Shown here: piece by piece, positions 30,842-40,049 of the stretch
How positions within the stretch are numbered: the stretch's first letter is position 1
Layout of the letters: every line of letters starts with the position of its first letter
Source: an uncultured Flavobacteriales bacterium
GTDB lineage: Bacteria > Bacteroidota > Bacteroidia > Flavobacteriales > UBA7312
Assembly: GCA_913041085.1 (NCBI GenBank)
Contig: CAJWHN010000004.1
Span: 1-48,988, forward strand
Reading direction: 5' to 3'
DNA length: 48,988 bases
Translations under genes and position numbers: made by a program
Notes under the pieces: generated by a model
Seen by the model: only the letters and a program-made list of their open reading frames with translations
Databases searched by the model: none
What the model was told of the DNA's origin: nothing

Positions 30842-30897
30842 TTTTTTATGTTTTTAAGTTTTGCTTATAGTCAAATATAGCCTAATTATTATAGCAA

Positions 30898-31935
30898 TCA
30901 AATTTTAGCTTGAATAAATTTTTCGATGAGTCTTGATACGGCAAGCTTATCTATAGTTTCAATTTTAATTTTTTGAAAGTTTGATGCGGGAAGTGTGTTT
31001 TGACACTTGATTTCCCAAAATCGAGCATTAATTTTTCTGTGACTTAAAATGTGCTTAAATTCACTAATTGATTCTATACTAAAGTCAATACCCTTAACCC
31101 ATGATTCAAATTGATTGTGGTTTAAAATTTCTTCAGTATTCTTTAAATCATTAGTCGTTATTAGTGGAAATTCATACATATTTTGCCATATACCATCGTT
31201 TGCTCGTTTATTGACTAAAGTGTATCCATTCATTTTGAAAAAGAAATATTCGAAAAAAACGGTTTTCACCTTGACTTTGCCTTTTTTAACAGGCAAAAGA
31301 TGAATGGTGTTATTAGCAAAAGCAACACATTCATCTCTTAATGGGCAACTATTACAATTGGGTTGCTTTGGTTTACACATTTGAGAACCAAACTCCATAA
31401 TTGCTTGGTTGTGAGTGTCAGGTTCTTTTTTTACCAATAGTGTTTTTGCTATCTCAGAAAATTCCCTTTTACCTTTAGAGGTGTCAATAGGGGTGTCTAT
31501 GCCATAAAAACGTGAAAGCAGTCTAAAAACATTACCATCTACTACAGCATAGGGCAATTTGAAAGCAAAAGATGCAATTGCGGCTGCTGTATATTCTCCT
31601 ACGCCTTTTAGCGTGATGATGTCCTTGTATTCTTTTGGAAAGAAACCAGCTTGGTGTATTTGTTTGGCAGCAAAATGCAGATTTCTTGCTCTAGAGTAAT
31701 AACCCAATCCTTGCCATAATTTCAAAACTTCTTCTTCATTAGCATTGGCTAGTTCCGAAACGCTTGGAAATGTTTTAATAAATTTCTGATAATATGGGAG
31801 TCCTTGTTTTACTTGAGTTTGTTGTAAAATAATTTCTGAAAGCCATATCTTGTAAGGGTCTTTGGTATTTCTCCACGGCAATTCCCTTTTATGTTGGAAG
31901 TACCATTTAATAATTTTAGAAGAGAAAAAATCCAT
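30898..31935 (-). CDS. mutY: A/G-specific adenine glycosylase
   Basis: LPWR, WLSEIILQQT, WQGLGYYSRARN, HhH GVGEYTA, VDGNV and the 4Fe-4S motif C-x6-C-x2-C-x5-C. Confidence 0.96.
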   Translation of the reverse strand: MDFFSSKIIKWYFQHKRELPWRNTKDPYKIWLSEIILQQTQVKQGLPYYQKFIKTFPSVSELANANEEEVLKLWQGLGYYSRARNLHFAAKQIHQAGFFPKEYKDIITLKGVGEYTAAAIASFAFKLPYAVVDGNVFRLLSRFYGIDTPIDTSKGKREFSEIAKTLLVKKEPDTHNQAIMEFGSQMCKPKQPNCNSCPLRDECVAFANNTIHLLPVKKGKVKVKTVFFEYFFFKMNGYTLVNKRANDGIWQNMYEFPLITTNDLKNTEEILNHNQFESWVKGIDFSIESISEFKHILSHRKINARFWEIKCQNTLPASNFQKIKIETIDKLAVSRLIEKFIQAKI

Positions 31936-31995
31936 AAAGTCGTAAATTCTAGCGAGTTATAGTGATAAAACACATCTGATTTAAATAAAAGTCAG

Positions 31996-32003
31996 TATAT
32001 TTG
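31996..32003 (+). promoter_or_regulatory. -7 promoter element (TATATTTG) for the HU-bS22-rng run
   Basis: Exact TAnnTTTG match 45 nt upstream of the HU ATG. Confidence 0.6.
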
Positions 32004-32048
32004 CACGCGAAATTAAGATATTTAAACATCTTTTAAATCCATTTAATT

Positions 32049-32336
32049 ATGACAAAGTTAGAAATCGTTAATTCCATTTCTGATAAAATCGGTGTAGAAA
32101 GAGTCGATGTGCAAGCTGTAGTTGAAGCCTTTATGCACGAAGTTAAAAATTCTTTGTCTAGTGGAGAAGATGTTTTCTTAAGAGGGTTTGGTTCATTTAT
32201 TGTTAAGCAAAGAGCACAAAAAACAGGTAGAGATATATCTAAAAATACAACGATTATCATACCAGCTCATAATGTTCCTGCGTTTAAGCCTTCTAAAGAA
32301 TTTGTAAATAAAGTTAAAACAAACGTTCAGTTATAA
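32049..32336 (+). CDS. HU/IHF-family DNA-binding protein
   Basis: MTK.EIV..IS, VFLRGFGSF, R..KTGR.I and IPAH.VPAFKP. Confidence 0.95.
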   Translation: MTKLEIVNSISDKIGVERVDVQAVVEAFMHEVKNSLSSGEDVFLRGFGSFIVKQRAQKTGRDISKNTTIIIPAHNVPAFKPSKEFVNKVKTNVQL

Positions 32337-32383
32337 AATTACTGAATATAAAAGAGATTTAAAAATATTTAAAACACAACGTT

Positions 32384-32473
32384 ATGCCAAACGGTAAAAA
32401 AAGAAAAAGACATAAGATGGCTACTCACAAACGTAAAAAGCGTTTAAGAAAAAATAGACACAAGAAAAAATAG
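32384..32473 (+). CDS. bS22-like small ribosomal protein (AURKAIP1/COX24, mS38-related), 29 aa
   Basis: ATG...TAG reads MPNGKKRKRHKMATHKRKKRLRKNRHKKK, resembling the Bacteroidota bS22 pattern as I recall it. AT-rich leader; below the ORF-track size cutoff. Confidence 0.85.
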   Translation: MPNGKKRKRHKMATHKRKKRLRKNRHKKK

Positions 32474-32498
32474 TCTTTGTACTATTTTAGTATCAATT

Positions 32499-32529
32499 TG
32501 AGAACATCTATCCCCTAGATTTGTTCTCA
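32499..32529 (+). other. stem-loop in the bS22-rng intergenic region
   Basis: TGAGAACA-TCTA-tcccc-TAGA-tt-TGTTCTCA: 12 bp with a 2-nt bulge and no immediate U-tract. Confidence 0.6.
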
Positions 32530-32543
32530 CAGCCGTAATTATT

Positions 32544-34091
32544 TTGAAATATGAATTGCTAGTAGATTCTAGACCTAATGAGGTCGTCATTGCCTTGTTG
32601 AAAGACAAGAAATTAATAGAACTACACAAAGAACCAATAGGAACAAAGTTTTCCGTTGGTGATATTTTTCTAGCTAAAGTTAAGAAGATTATCACTGGAC
32701 TGAATGCTACTTTCGTAGACGTAGGCTATGAAAGAGATGGTTTCCTTCATTACCTAGACTTAGGTGTTAAATTCAAAACTTTTCAGAAATTTACATCAAG
32801 AAATCTTGGAGGAAAACTTAATACCGCTTCCTTAAAAAACTTCAAGCTAGAGGAGGAAATTGATAAATCAGGTTCTATTACAGATGTTCTGCAATCTGGT
32901 AATCAAATTCTTGTACAAGTTGCCAAAGAGCCCATCTCTACAAAAGGCCCTAGACTGACTACCGAACTAACTATTGCTGGTAGATACATGGTTTTAGTTC
33001 CTTTCTCTAATAAAGTTTCAGTTTCTCAAAAAATAGAATCCAACGAGGAGAAAAAGAGATTAAAAAAACTTGTTCAAAGCATTAAGCCACCAGGCTTTGG
33101 TGTTATTATAAGAACCGTTGCTGAAGGTAAAAAAGTAGCTGACTTAGATGCTGATATTAAGTATCTATACAAAAAATGGCAAACCTTATTTAAGCAAACT
33201 AAAAAAGGAAATCCTCCTTATAAAGTTCTTGGAGAGCTTGGAAGAACTGCATCTTTACTTAGAGATGTATTGAATGATGACTTTGTTAGTATTCTCGTTA
33301 ATGATGAAAAACTTCATGATGAAATAAAAGATTACATAACGACAATATCTCCTGACCAAGCAAAAATTGTTGGTATGTACACGGGCAAGATTCCACTTTT
33401 CCAAAAATTCCAAATTGAAAGACAAATCAAGTCTTCCTTTGGAAAGTCAGTAACTATGCGTAAAAGTACTTACTTAGTTATTGAACATACAGAGGCTATG
33501 CACGTCATCGATGTCAATAGTGGAAAGCGTGTCAATTCAAAGCAAGACCAAGAAGCTAACGCTTTAGAGGTTAACCTAATTGCTGCTGAAGAAGTTGCAC
33601 GTCAGTTACGATTGCGTGATATGGGTGGTATCATTGTAGTTGACTTCATTGATATGTATAATGGTGAGAATAGGAAAAAGTTATTCGAAGCATTAAAAGA
33701 ATTTATGGCTGATGATAAGGCTAAGCACCATATTTTACCGCCATCACGTTTTGGACTTATTGAAATAACAAGACAGCGTGTTCGACCAGAATTGAATATT
33801 GAAACTAAAGAAGGTTGTCCTAATTGTAAAGGAACGGGTAAAATAGAAGCTAGTATTTTGTTAATTGATGAAATAGAGCAAAAGTTAGCTAAGGCCACCA
33901 ACAAGAGTAACGATATCATCTTAAAAACCCATCCTTTTGTTGCGAGTTATATCAATAAAGGTTGGTTCAAAAATCAAAGAAAAACTTGGTCTAAAGAATT
34001 CGGTTGTAAACTACAAGTAGAAGAAGATACTACTTATCATCTTTTACAGTATCGCTTTTTTAACAAGGAACGTAAAGTAATTACAACCTAA
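32544..34091 (+). CDS. rng: Rne/Rng-family ribonuclease (RNase G length)
   Basis: S1 domain (VGDIFLAKV, FVDVG, QVAKEPISTKGPRLT), IDVNSG, QLRLRDMGGIIVVDFIDM and the Zn-link CPNC; TTG start. Confidence 0.93.
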   Translation: MKYELLVDSRPNEVVIALLKDKKLIELHKEPIGTKFSVGDIFLAKVKKIITGLNATFVDVGYERDGFLHYLDLGVKFKTFQKFTSRNLGGKLNTASLKNFKLEEEIDKSGSITDVLQSGNQILVQVAKEPISTKGPRLTTELTIAGRYMVLVPFSNKVSVSQKIESNEEKKRLKKLVQSIKPPGFGVIIRTVAEGKKVADLDADIKYLYKKWQTLFKQTKKGNPPYKVLGELGRTASLLRDVLNDDFVSILVNDEKLHDEIKDYITTISPDQAKIVGMYTGKIPLFQKFQIERQIKSSFGKSVTMRKSTYLVIEHTEAMHVIDVNSGKRVNSKQDQEANALEVNLIAAEEVARQLRLRDMGGIIVVDFIDMYNGENRKKLFEALKEFMADDKAKHHILPPSRFGLIEITRQRVRPELNIETKEGCPNCKGTGKIEASILLIDEIEQKLAKATNKSNDIILKTHPFVASYINKGWFKNQRKTWSKEFGCKLQVEEDTTYHLLQYRFFNKERKVITT

Positions 34092-35368
34092 GTATTTACG
34101 CTTTTTAATTTGCTTAATTTTTTGCGGTACTTTATTAGTGGAATTAGTGCTATGCATAAAAATATAGCCCCTAATAAATAGCCATACCTTACATTATCAC
34201 CACTATTAAAGTAGGGTAAGGATAGGCTAGTGATTAATGCTGTTCTGATGAGGATACTAACTGAATTAAAGACGCTGCCAGTTCTTCCAATGATATCGTT
34301 AGATACCTTTTCAAAAAGGAATGTGATTCTTAAAATGCGTGTGCCAGCATTACTCAGTCCAATTAGAAGACTAACAGCGAAAAAAGCAGTGACACTCTTA
34401 GAATAAGTTAGAAGCAGACAGCCTCCAATTGTAGCTACCATCAAAATGATGATGTTTGTTATGATATTATTCTTACCCATTACCTTGCGTATTCCAAAAC
34501 CTGCTAATAAAGCACCTATAGAATAATATACTTCAGAAGATGCAAAGACATCTCCACCTTCTTTTAAATAGTTGCTGACATAAACGGGAACCAACACAAA
34601 CATTTCTACTATTAAAAAAGTAAAAATTGCGTAAGAACAAACTCCAAAAATAAAAATCAGGGAGTTCTCCTTTAGAAAAGAAAATCCTTTTATCAGACGA
34701 CTGAACATGTTTCCTCGGTCAATTTTCTTTTTTACTATAGGTTTATGCTTAATAAATAGGATAATTATGAAAGCCAAAACATAGGTAAAAGCATCCATTA
34801 AAAATATCTCGTGTATTTGCCAAGCCTGTATGTCGAAAGGCATTTGAATCTTTAATCCTAATAAATTTAAGATGCCATTTTCTGTGCCAGTCAATAATAT
34901 AGCAGCAAAGGCACCAGCAAAAATACTCGTTGATTGCCCTTGTATTTCGATGTACGCATTTAGCTTAGCGTAATTTTTTGGCTCTGTTATCTCTTGACCA
35001 AATGCATAAAGGTTGGGATAGTGAACATTATAATGAAACATAGTCGTTCCAAATACTCCCATTACTAATGTCCATGGTGTTTGACCACAACTCATTCCAT
35101 ACAAAGCGATACTTCCGATAATAAAAGCACAAGCTAAATTAGAGTATAAGAACATTTTTTTTCTTGAATACCTATCTATAAGAGTGCCTGAGTATAAACC
35201 CCAAAATAAACTTACAAATGTTAAAATAGCATAAGCTTTAGCATATGTTCCTCCCATACCTAGTATATCTGCAAAGTACCAAGGAATAGCAATCATACTA
35301 ATGCCTTGAGCAAAGCCTGATATGATATTAGCTACAAATAATAAGCCTATTGCTTTTTTATTTTTCAT
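34088..35368 (-). CDS. MFS transporter
   Basis: About 12 hydrophobic segments and motif A (GTLIDRYSRK). Start moved to ATG 35368 to remove the overlap with recX. Confidence 0.88.
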   Translation of the reverse strand: MKNKKAIGLLFVANIISGFAQGISMIAIPWYFADILGMGGTYAKAYAILTFVSLFWGLYSGTLIDRYSRKKMFLYSNLACAFIIGSIALYGMSCGQTPWTLVMGVFGTTMFHYNVHYPNLYAFGQEITEPKNYAKLNAYIEIQGQSTSIFAGAFAAILLTGTENGILNLLGLKIQMPFDIQAWQIHEIFLMDAFTYVLAFIIILFIKHKPIVKKKIDRGNMFSRLIKGFSFLKENSLIFIFGVCSYAIFTFLIVEMFVLVPVYVSNYLKEGGDVFASSEVYYSIGALLAGFGIRKVMGKNNIITNIIILMVATIGGCLLLTYSKSVTAFFAVSLLIGLSNAGTRILRITFLFEKVSNDIIGRTGSVFNSVSILIRTALITSLSLPYFNSGDNVRYGYLLGAIFLCIALIPLIKYRKKLSKLKSVNT

Positions 35369-35374
35369 TGGGTA

Positions 35375-35391
35375 CAAAAATACTACCTTTG
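35375..35391. promoter_or_regulatory. back-to-back -7 elements for the MFS gene (TATTTTTG, minus strand) and recX (TACCTTTG, plus strand)
   Basis: Two exact TAnnTTTG matches 1 nt apart (35375-35382 minus, 35384-35391 plus) in a gap of under 30 bp. Confidence 0.6.
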
Positions 35392-35396
35392 AAATG

Positions 35397-35861
35397 ATGA
35401 ATAGCAAAATATACGATGTAAAAATTGTAAAAGAGCGAATTAGACATTATTGTGCAGTAATGGATCGTTGTCAATATCAGGTAATTACAAAGCTTAAGTC
35501 CTATGGAGTGAGTGATTCTCTAGCTGATGAAATTTTAATTGAATTGATACAGAATAAATACCTTGATGAAGAACGCTTTGCACGTTCTTTTTGTAGCGGA
35601 AAATTCAAAATAAAACGCTGGGGACGAAAAAAGATAGCTTTCGAACTATCTAAACTGAAAGTGCCAAAAAGCTGTGTTTCACTAGGCATGTTGGAGATAG
35701 ATGATGCAGATTACAAGGATGTCATAAAGCATTTAGCGAATAAGAAAATGGCTTTGTTAAAGGATAAAAACACCTTTGTTAGAAAGAAGAAAGTCGTTAA
35801 TTATTTGATTAGAAAGGGCTACGAATCTGAGCTGGTCTGGTCTTACGTTCACAAACTTTAA
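35397..35861 (+). CDS. recX: regulatory protein RecX
   Basis: YCA..DRC..QV..KL, LDEERFARSF..GKF.IK.WG..KI and YL.RKGYE. Start is ATG 35394 or 35397. Confidence 0.9.
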   Translation: MNSKIYDVKIVKERIRHYCAVMDRCQYQVITKLKSYGVSDSLADEILIELIQNKYLDEERFARSFCSGKFKIKRWGRKKIAFELSKLKVPKSCVSLGMLEIDDADYKDVIKHLANKKMALLKDKNTFVRKKKVVNYLIRKGYESELVWSYVHKL

Positions 35862-35879
35862 AACACTAAATTTGCCTCA

Positions 35880-36968
35880 ATGGTTACAGCAGAACAGATA
35901 GACGATATTAAAAAAAGAATAGCTGACTTAGAAGGCTTTTTATCTATAAAAGAAAAGAAAGAATTTGTAGCCGTTGAGGAGTTAAAAACACAAGCTGTTG
36001 ATTTTTGGGATAACCCTAAATCTGCCGAAACTCACTTAAAAAACATCAATAAACAAAAGGTATGGGTTGTTGCTTTTCAAGAGGTACAAAGTGCTTTTGA
36101 CGACCTTTCTGTACTTTTTGATTTCTTTCAAGAAGGAGAAGTAGATGAAGATGAAATAAATAAAAGTTTTGACTCTACCTTACTTAAAGTTGCTGACTTA
36201 GAGTTCAAAAATATGCTAAGCGGCGAAGAAGATAATCTCTCGGCAGTGATGACTATAAATCCGGGTGCTGGAGGAACAGAAAGTCAAGATTGGGCTGAAA
36301 TGCTTATGCGTATGTACATCATGTGGGGAGAAAAAAATAAGTTTAAAGTCAAAGAGCTAGACTTTCAAGCTGGAGATGCTGCAGGTATAAAGTCGGTAAC
36401 CTTACAATTTGATGGTGATTTTGCTTTTGGTAATTTAAAAGGTGAAAATGGAGTACACCGATTAGTTCGTATTTCTCCCTTTGACTCTAATGCTAAACGA
36501 CATACTTCTTTCACTTCGGTTTTTGTATATCCTTTGGTAGATGAATCCATAGAAATAGAGATTAATCCTGCCGACATCAGTTGGGACACTTTTCGTGCTG
36601 GTGGTGCTGGCGGACAAGGAGTTAATAAAATCGAAACGGCAGTTCGATTAAAACATGCTCCTACTGGAATTATAATTGCTAATTCAGAAACGCGTTCTCA
36701 GCTTGAGAATAAAGAGAAAGCCATGCAATTGTTAAGGTCTCAGTTATACGAGATAGAATTACGGAAAAGACAATCTGAAAGAGATAAGATTGAAGGTAGC
36801 AAGAAAAAAATAGAATGGGGTTCTCAAATTAGAAACTATGTTTTGCATCCCTACAAAATGGTTAAGGATTTAAGAACAGAACATGAAACGTCGAATACAC
36901 AAGCTGTTCTTGATGGTGAAATCAATGATTTTATCAAAGCATATTTAATGGAATTTGGTCAAAAATAA
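35880..36968 (+). CDS. prfB: peptide chain release factor 2 (continuous ORF)
   Basis: [22 protein letters not shown] (SPF tripeptide), GGQ and [10 protein letters not shown] single uninterrupted 362-aa ORF. Confidence 0.97.
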   Translation: MVTAEQIDDIKKRIADLEGFLSIKEKKEFVAVEELKTQAVDFWDNPKSAETHLKNINKQKVWVVAFQEVQSAFDDLSVLFDFFQEGEVDEDEINKSFDSTLLKVADLEFKNMLSGEEDNLSAVMTINPGAGGTESQDWAEMLMRMYIMWGEKNKFKVKELDFQAGDAAGIKSVTLQFDGDFAFGNLKGENGVHRLVRISPFDSNAKRHTSFTSVFVYPLVDESIEIEINPADISWDTFRAGGAGGQGVNKIETAVRLKHAPTGIIIANSETRSQLENKEKAMQLLRSQLYEIELRKRQSERDKIEGSKKKIEWGSQIRNYVLHPYKMVKDLRTEHETSNTQAVLDGEINDFIKAYLMEFGQK

Positions 36969-36972
36969 AATT

Positions 36973-37317
36973 ATGGAAGTAACAATTTATCACAACCCCA
37001 GATGTAGAAAGAGCAGAGAAGCCTTATCTTTTTTAGAAAAAAAGTCGTGTAAAATTACAGTTGTAGAATATTTGAAAGACTTATTGTCAATTGAAGAATT
37101 AAGGGCATTGCTTAATGACTTAAATATTAGGCCGATTGAGCTTGTTCGTAAAAATGAAAGTATTTGGAAAGAGCAATTCAAAGGCAGAGATTTGAGCGAT
37201 ACAGCAATTATAGAAGCGATGGCTCAAAATCCTAAATTAATTGAACGACCCATAATAAAAAGTAAGAAAGGTGTTGTTGTAGGAAGGCCTTTGGAAATGG
37301 TACAAGAAGTAATTTAA
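36973..37317 (+). CDS. ArsC/Spx-family (arsenate reductase-like) protein
   Basis: IYHNPRCRKSR and P.LIERPI...GRP. Confidence 0.9.
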   Translation: MEVTIYHNPRCRKSREALSFLEKKSCKITVVEYLKDLLSIEELRALLNDLNIRPIELVRKNESIWKEQFKGRDLSDTAIIEAMAQNPKLIERPIIKSKKGVVVGRPLEMVQEVI

Positions 37318-37318
37318 A

Positions 37319-37465
37319 CTATTCGAGGTCTTCTACCAAGTTACGATTCTTGTATGACTCGATAAACCAAGCGCCAATCCAATATGGTAAAAAACTAATA
37401 ATGAAGGTTAATAACCAAAACGCCATACCAGCGATAACTAAAAAGAGGACAAAACCTATAAACAT
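37319..37465 (-). CDS. small membrane protein, 48 aa
   Basis: MFIGFVLFLVIAGMAFWLLTFIISFLPYWIGAWFIESYKNRNLVEDLE*. Fills the arsC-fumC gap and has its own TACTTTTG element at 37494-37501 (minus strand). Confidence 0.7.
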   Translation of the reverse strand: MFIGFVLFLVIAGMAFWLLTFIISFLPYWIGAWFIESYKNRNLVEDLE

Positions 37466-37483
37466 ATCTTTATATATTTGAAT

Positions 37484-37501
37484 TAACTTTGTACAAAAGT
37501 A
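37484..37501. promoter_or_regulatory. face-to-face -7 elements: TAACTTTG (plus, fumC) and TACTTTTG (minus, small membrane protein)
   Basis: TAACTTTG-ta-CAAAAGTA; both halves are exact TAnnTTTG matches. Confidence 0.55.
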
Positions 37502-37527
37502 AGTGTTAATATTCTAATAAAAAAATC

Positions 37528-38928
37528 ATGAGCTATAGAATTGAGAAAGATACCATGGGCGAGGTAAAAGTACCTGTCGAAAAGTATTGGGGTGCCCAAA
37601 CAGAACGTTCTAGAAACAATTTTAAAATTGGTCAATCAGCAAGTATGCCGCTAGAAGTAGTCTATGGTTTTGCATACCTTAAAAAAGCAGCGGCTCATGC
37701 CAATTGCGAGTTAGGTGTACTTTCGTCAGAAAAAAGAGATTTAATCTCTGCTGTTTGCGATGAGATATTAGAAGGTAAACACGATGATGAATTCCCATTA
37801 GTAGTATGGCAAACGGGTTCAGGCACACAATCTAATATGAATACCAATGAGGTGATAGCTAACCGAGCTCACGTTTTAAATGGTGGTAGTTTAAATGATG
37901 AAAATAAATTTATTCATCCTAACGATGATGTCAATAAATCTCAATCTTCTAATGATACTTTTCCTACAGGCATGCATATTGCCGCTTATAAAATGATTGT
38001 AGAAACTACTATTCCTGGAGTAGAAAGGTTGAGGGATACTTTAGATGAAAAATCTAAAGCATTTATGCATGTAGTTAAAATAGGTAGAACACACCTAATG
38101 GACGCTACACCATTGACGTTAGGTCAAGAATTTTCTGGATATGTTTCACAGCTAGACCATGGGTTAAAAGCACTTAAAAATACTTTAGCCCATCTTTCAG
38201 AACTTGCTCTAGGTGGTACAGCTGTAGGAACAGGAATTAATACTCCAGAAGGTTATGCCAATCTTGTTTCTAAAAAAATTGCTGAATTTACACAGCTACC
38301 ATTTGTATCAGCAGACAATAAATTTGAAGCTTTAGCTGCTCATGATGCTATTGTTGAGTCTCATAATGCTTTGAAGCAATTAGCGGTTTCTCTAAATAAA
38401 ATAGCCAATGATATCCGTTTACTAGCATCAGGACCACGAAGTGGAATTGGTGAAATAATAATACCATCTAATGAACCCGGTTCGTCAATAATGCCAGGTA
38501 AAGTTAACCCTACACAATGTGAGGCACTAACTATGGTATGTGCTCAGGTTATGGGTAATGATGTAGCTATTGGTGTTGGTGGAATGCAAGGTCATTATGA
38601 ACTAAATGTCTTTAAGCCGATGATGGCAGCTAACATTTTACAGTCGGCACGATTGATTGGAGATGCTTGTGTATCTTTTAAGGTTAATTGTGCAGAAGGC
38701 ATAGAACCTAATTATGACAATTTAAAAAAGAACTTAGATAATTCTTTGATGTTGGTAACCGCTTTGAATACTAAGATAGGTTATGAAAAAGCAGCAAAAA
38801 TTGCTAAGACGGCTCACCAAAATGGGACAACATTAAAAGAAGAGTCTGTCAATTTAGGATACCTTACTGCTGAAGAGTTCGATGAGTGGGTTCGCCCTGA
38901 AGATATGTGTGGTAGTCTAAAAAAATAG
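37528..38928 (+). CDS. fumC: class II fumarate hydratase
   Basis: [40 protein letters not shown] and the signature [11 protein letters not shown]. Confidence 0.98.
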   Translation: MSYRIEKDTMGEVKVPVEKYWGAQTERSRNNFKIGQSASMPLEVVYGFAYLKKAAAHANCELGVLSSEKRDLISAVCDEILEGKHDDEFPLVVWQTGSGTQSNMNTNEVIANRAHVLNGGSLNDENKFIHPNDDVNKSQSSNDTFPTGMHIAAYKMIVETTIPGVERLRDTLDEKSKAFMHVVKIGRTHLMDATPLTLGQEFSGYVSQLDHGLKALKNTLAHLSELALGGTAVGTGINTPEGYANLVSKKIAEFTQLPFVSADNKFEALAAHDAIVESHNALKQLAVSLNKIANDIRLLASGPRSGIGEIIIPSNEPGSSIMPGKVNPTQCEALTMVCAQVMGNDVAIGVGGMQGHYELNVFKPMMAANILQSARLIGDACVSFKVNCAEGIEPNYDNLKKNLDNSLMLVTALNTKIGYEKAAKIAKTAHQNGTTLKEESVNLGYLTAEEFDEWVRPEDMCGSLKK

Positions 38929-38929
38929 A

Positions 38930-40018
38930 CTACACATATTCGTCTCCTTTATCTCTTTTTATATCGTTAACAAATTGCTTAATCTGTTGCTCGTCTTCTT
39001 TTTTACAGATAAGTAGGGTGTTTTTATTATCGATTATAATATAATCTTCCAGACCTTGAATAACTACAACTTTATCATTAGGCGCATTGATAATGTTATT
39101 TTTAGAATCATAAATCATAACATAATTGCCAACAATTCCATTTTGACTTTCATCTAGTTTTAAATGACCATATAATGAGCCCCAAGTACCTAAATCACTC
39201 CAACCAAAGTCAGAAGGGTAAACAAAGACATTATCAGCCTTCTCCATTAAGCCGTAGTCTATAGAGATGTTTTTACAACCAGGGAAAATGCGATTAATGA
39301 ACTCCTCTTCTTCATCTGTATTGTAATAATCGTTACCATCTTCAAATCTATCGTATAAATCTCTCAAGTGTTTCCTGAGTCCAAGAGTAATAGCTTTGGC
39401 ACTCCATATAAATATTCCAGAATTCCATAAAAAGTCACCGCTTTCTAAAAATTGTTGTGCTAGTTCTAAGTTAGGTTTTTCTGTAAATGTTTTGACACTA
39501 TGTATGTTATAATGAAGTTCAGAATTTTCTTCGTTGAACTGTATATACCCATAGCCAGTGTCTGGTCTTGAAGGTTTTATACCTAAAGTTAAAAGCATAT
39601 TATTTTTTGAACACACTTCAAAACAATCAGTAACAATTTTTGTGAATTCATCTTCATTACTAATCAAATGGTCTGAAGGCGTAACAATGATATTAGCATC
39701 AGGGTTCTTCTGATTTATTTTGAAAGAGGCATAGGCAATACATGGAGCCGTATTTCTCATTGAAGGCTCACACAAAATATTGTCTTCCAATATGTCGTTG
39801 AGTTGTTCTAAACATAAATCCTTGTATTTTGCATTGGTAACAACAAGGACATTTTCTGCAGGACAACATTTTGCTAAGCGTCTAAAAGTTTGTTGAATCA
39901 GTGTCTCTCCTGTGCCTAGTATATCTAAAAACTGTTTTGGAAATGTACTTCTACTCATTGGCCAAAATCTTGATCCAATTCCTCCAGCCATTATGACGGC
40001 GTAGTTGTTTGTGTTCAT
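38930..40018 (-). CDS. manC: mannose-1-phosphate guanylyltransferase
   Basis: IMAGGIGSRFWPMSR...PKQF, EP..RNTAP, TGYGYI, FTEKP, WNSGIF and WSDLGTW; no cupin/PMI domain. Start moved to ATG 40018. Confidence 0.93.
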   Translation of the reverse strand: MNTNNYAVIMAGGIGSRFWPMSRSTFPKQFLDILGTGETLIQQTFRRLAKCCPAENVLVVTNAKYKDLCLEQLNDILEDNILCEPSMRNTAPCIAYASFKINQKNPDANIIVTPSDHLISNEDEFTKIVTDCFEVCSKNNMLLTLGIKPSRPDTGYGYIQFNEENSELHYNIHSVKTFTEKPNLELAQQFLESGDFLWNSGIFIWSAKAITLGLRKHLRDLYDRFEDGNDYYNTDEEEEFINRIFPGCKNISIDYGLMEKADNVFVYPSDFGWSDLGTWGSLYGHLKLDESQNGIVGNYVMIYDSKNNIINAPNDKVVVIQGLEDYIIIDNKNTLLICKKEDEQQIKQFVNDIKRDKGDEYV

Positions 40019-40049
40019 AATAAGTTTATTATTCTTCAAAAATACAAAA

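Noticed and set aside
31976-31995. Imperfect inverted repeat CTGA...TCAG upstream of the HU promoter
   Set aside because: It is short and AT-rich, and cannot be distinguished from chance without conservation data.
32444-32695. 83-aa minus-strand ORF
   Set aside because: It overlaps both bS22 and rng in antisense and has no motifs.
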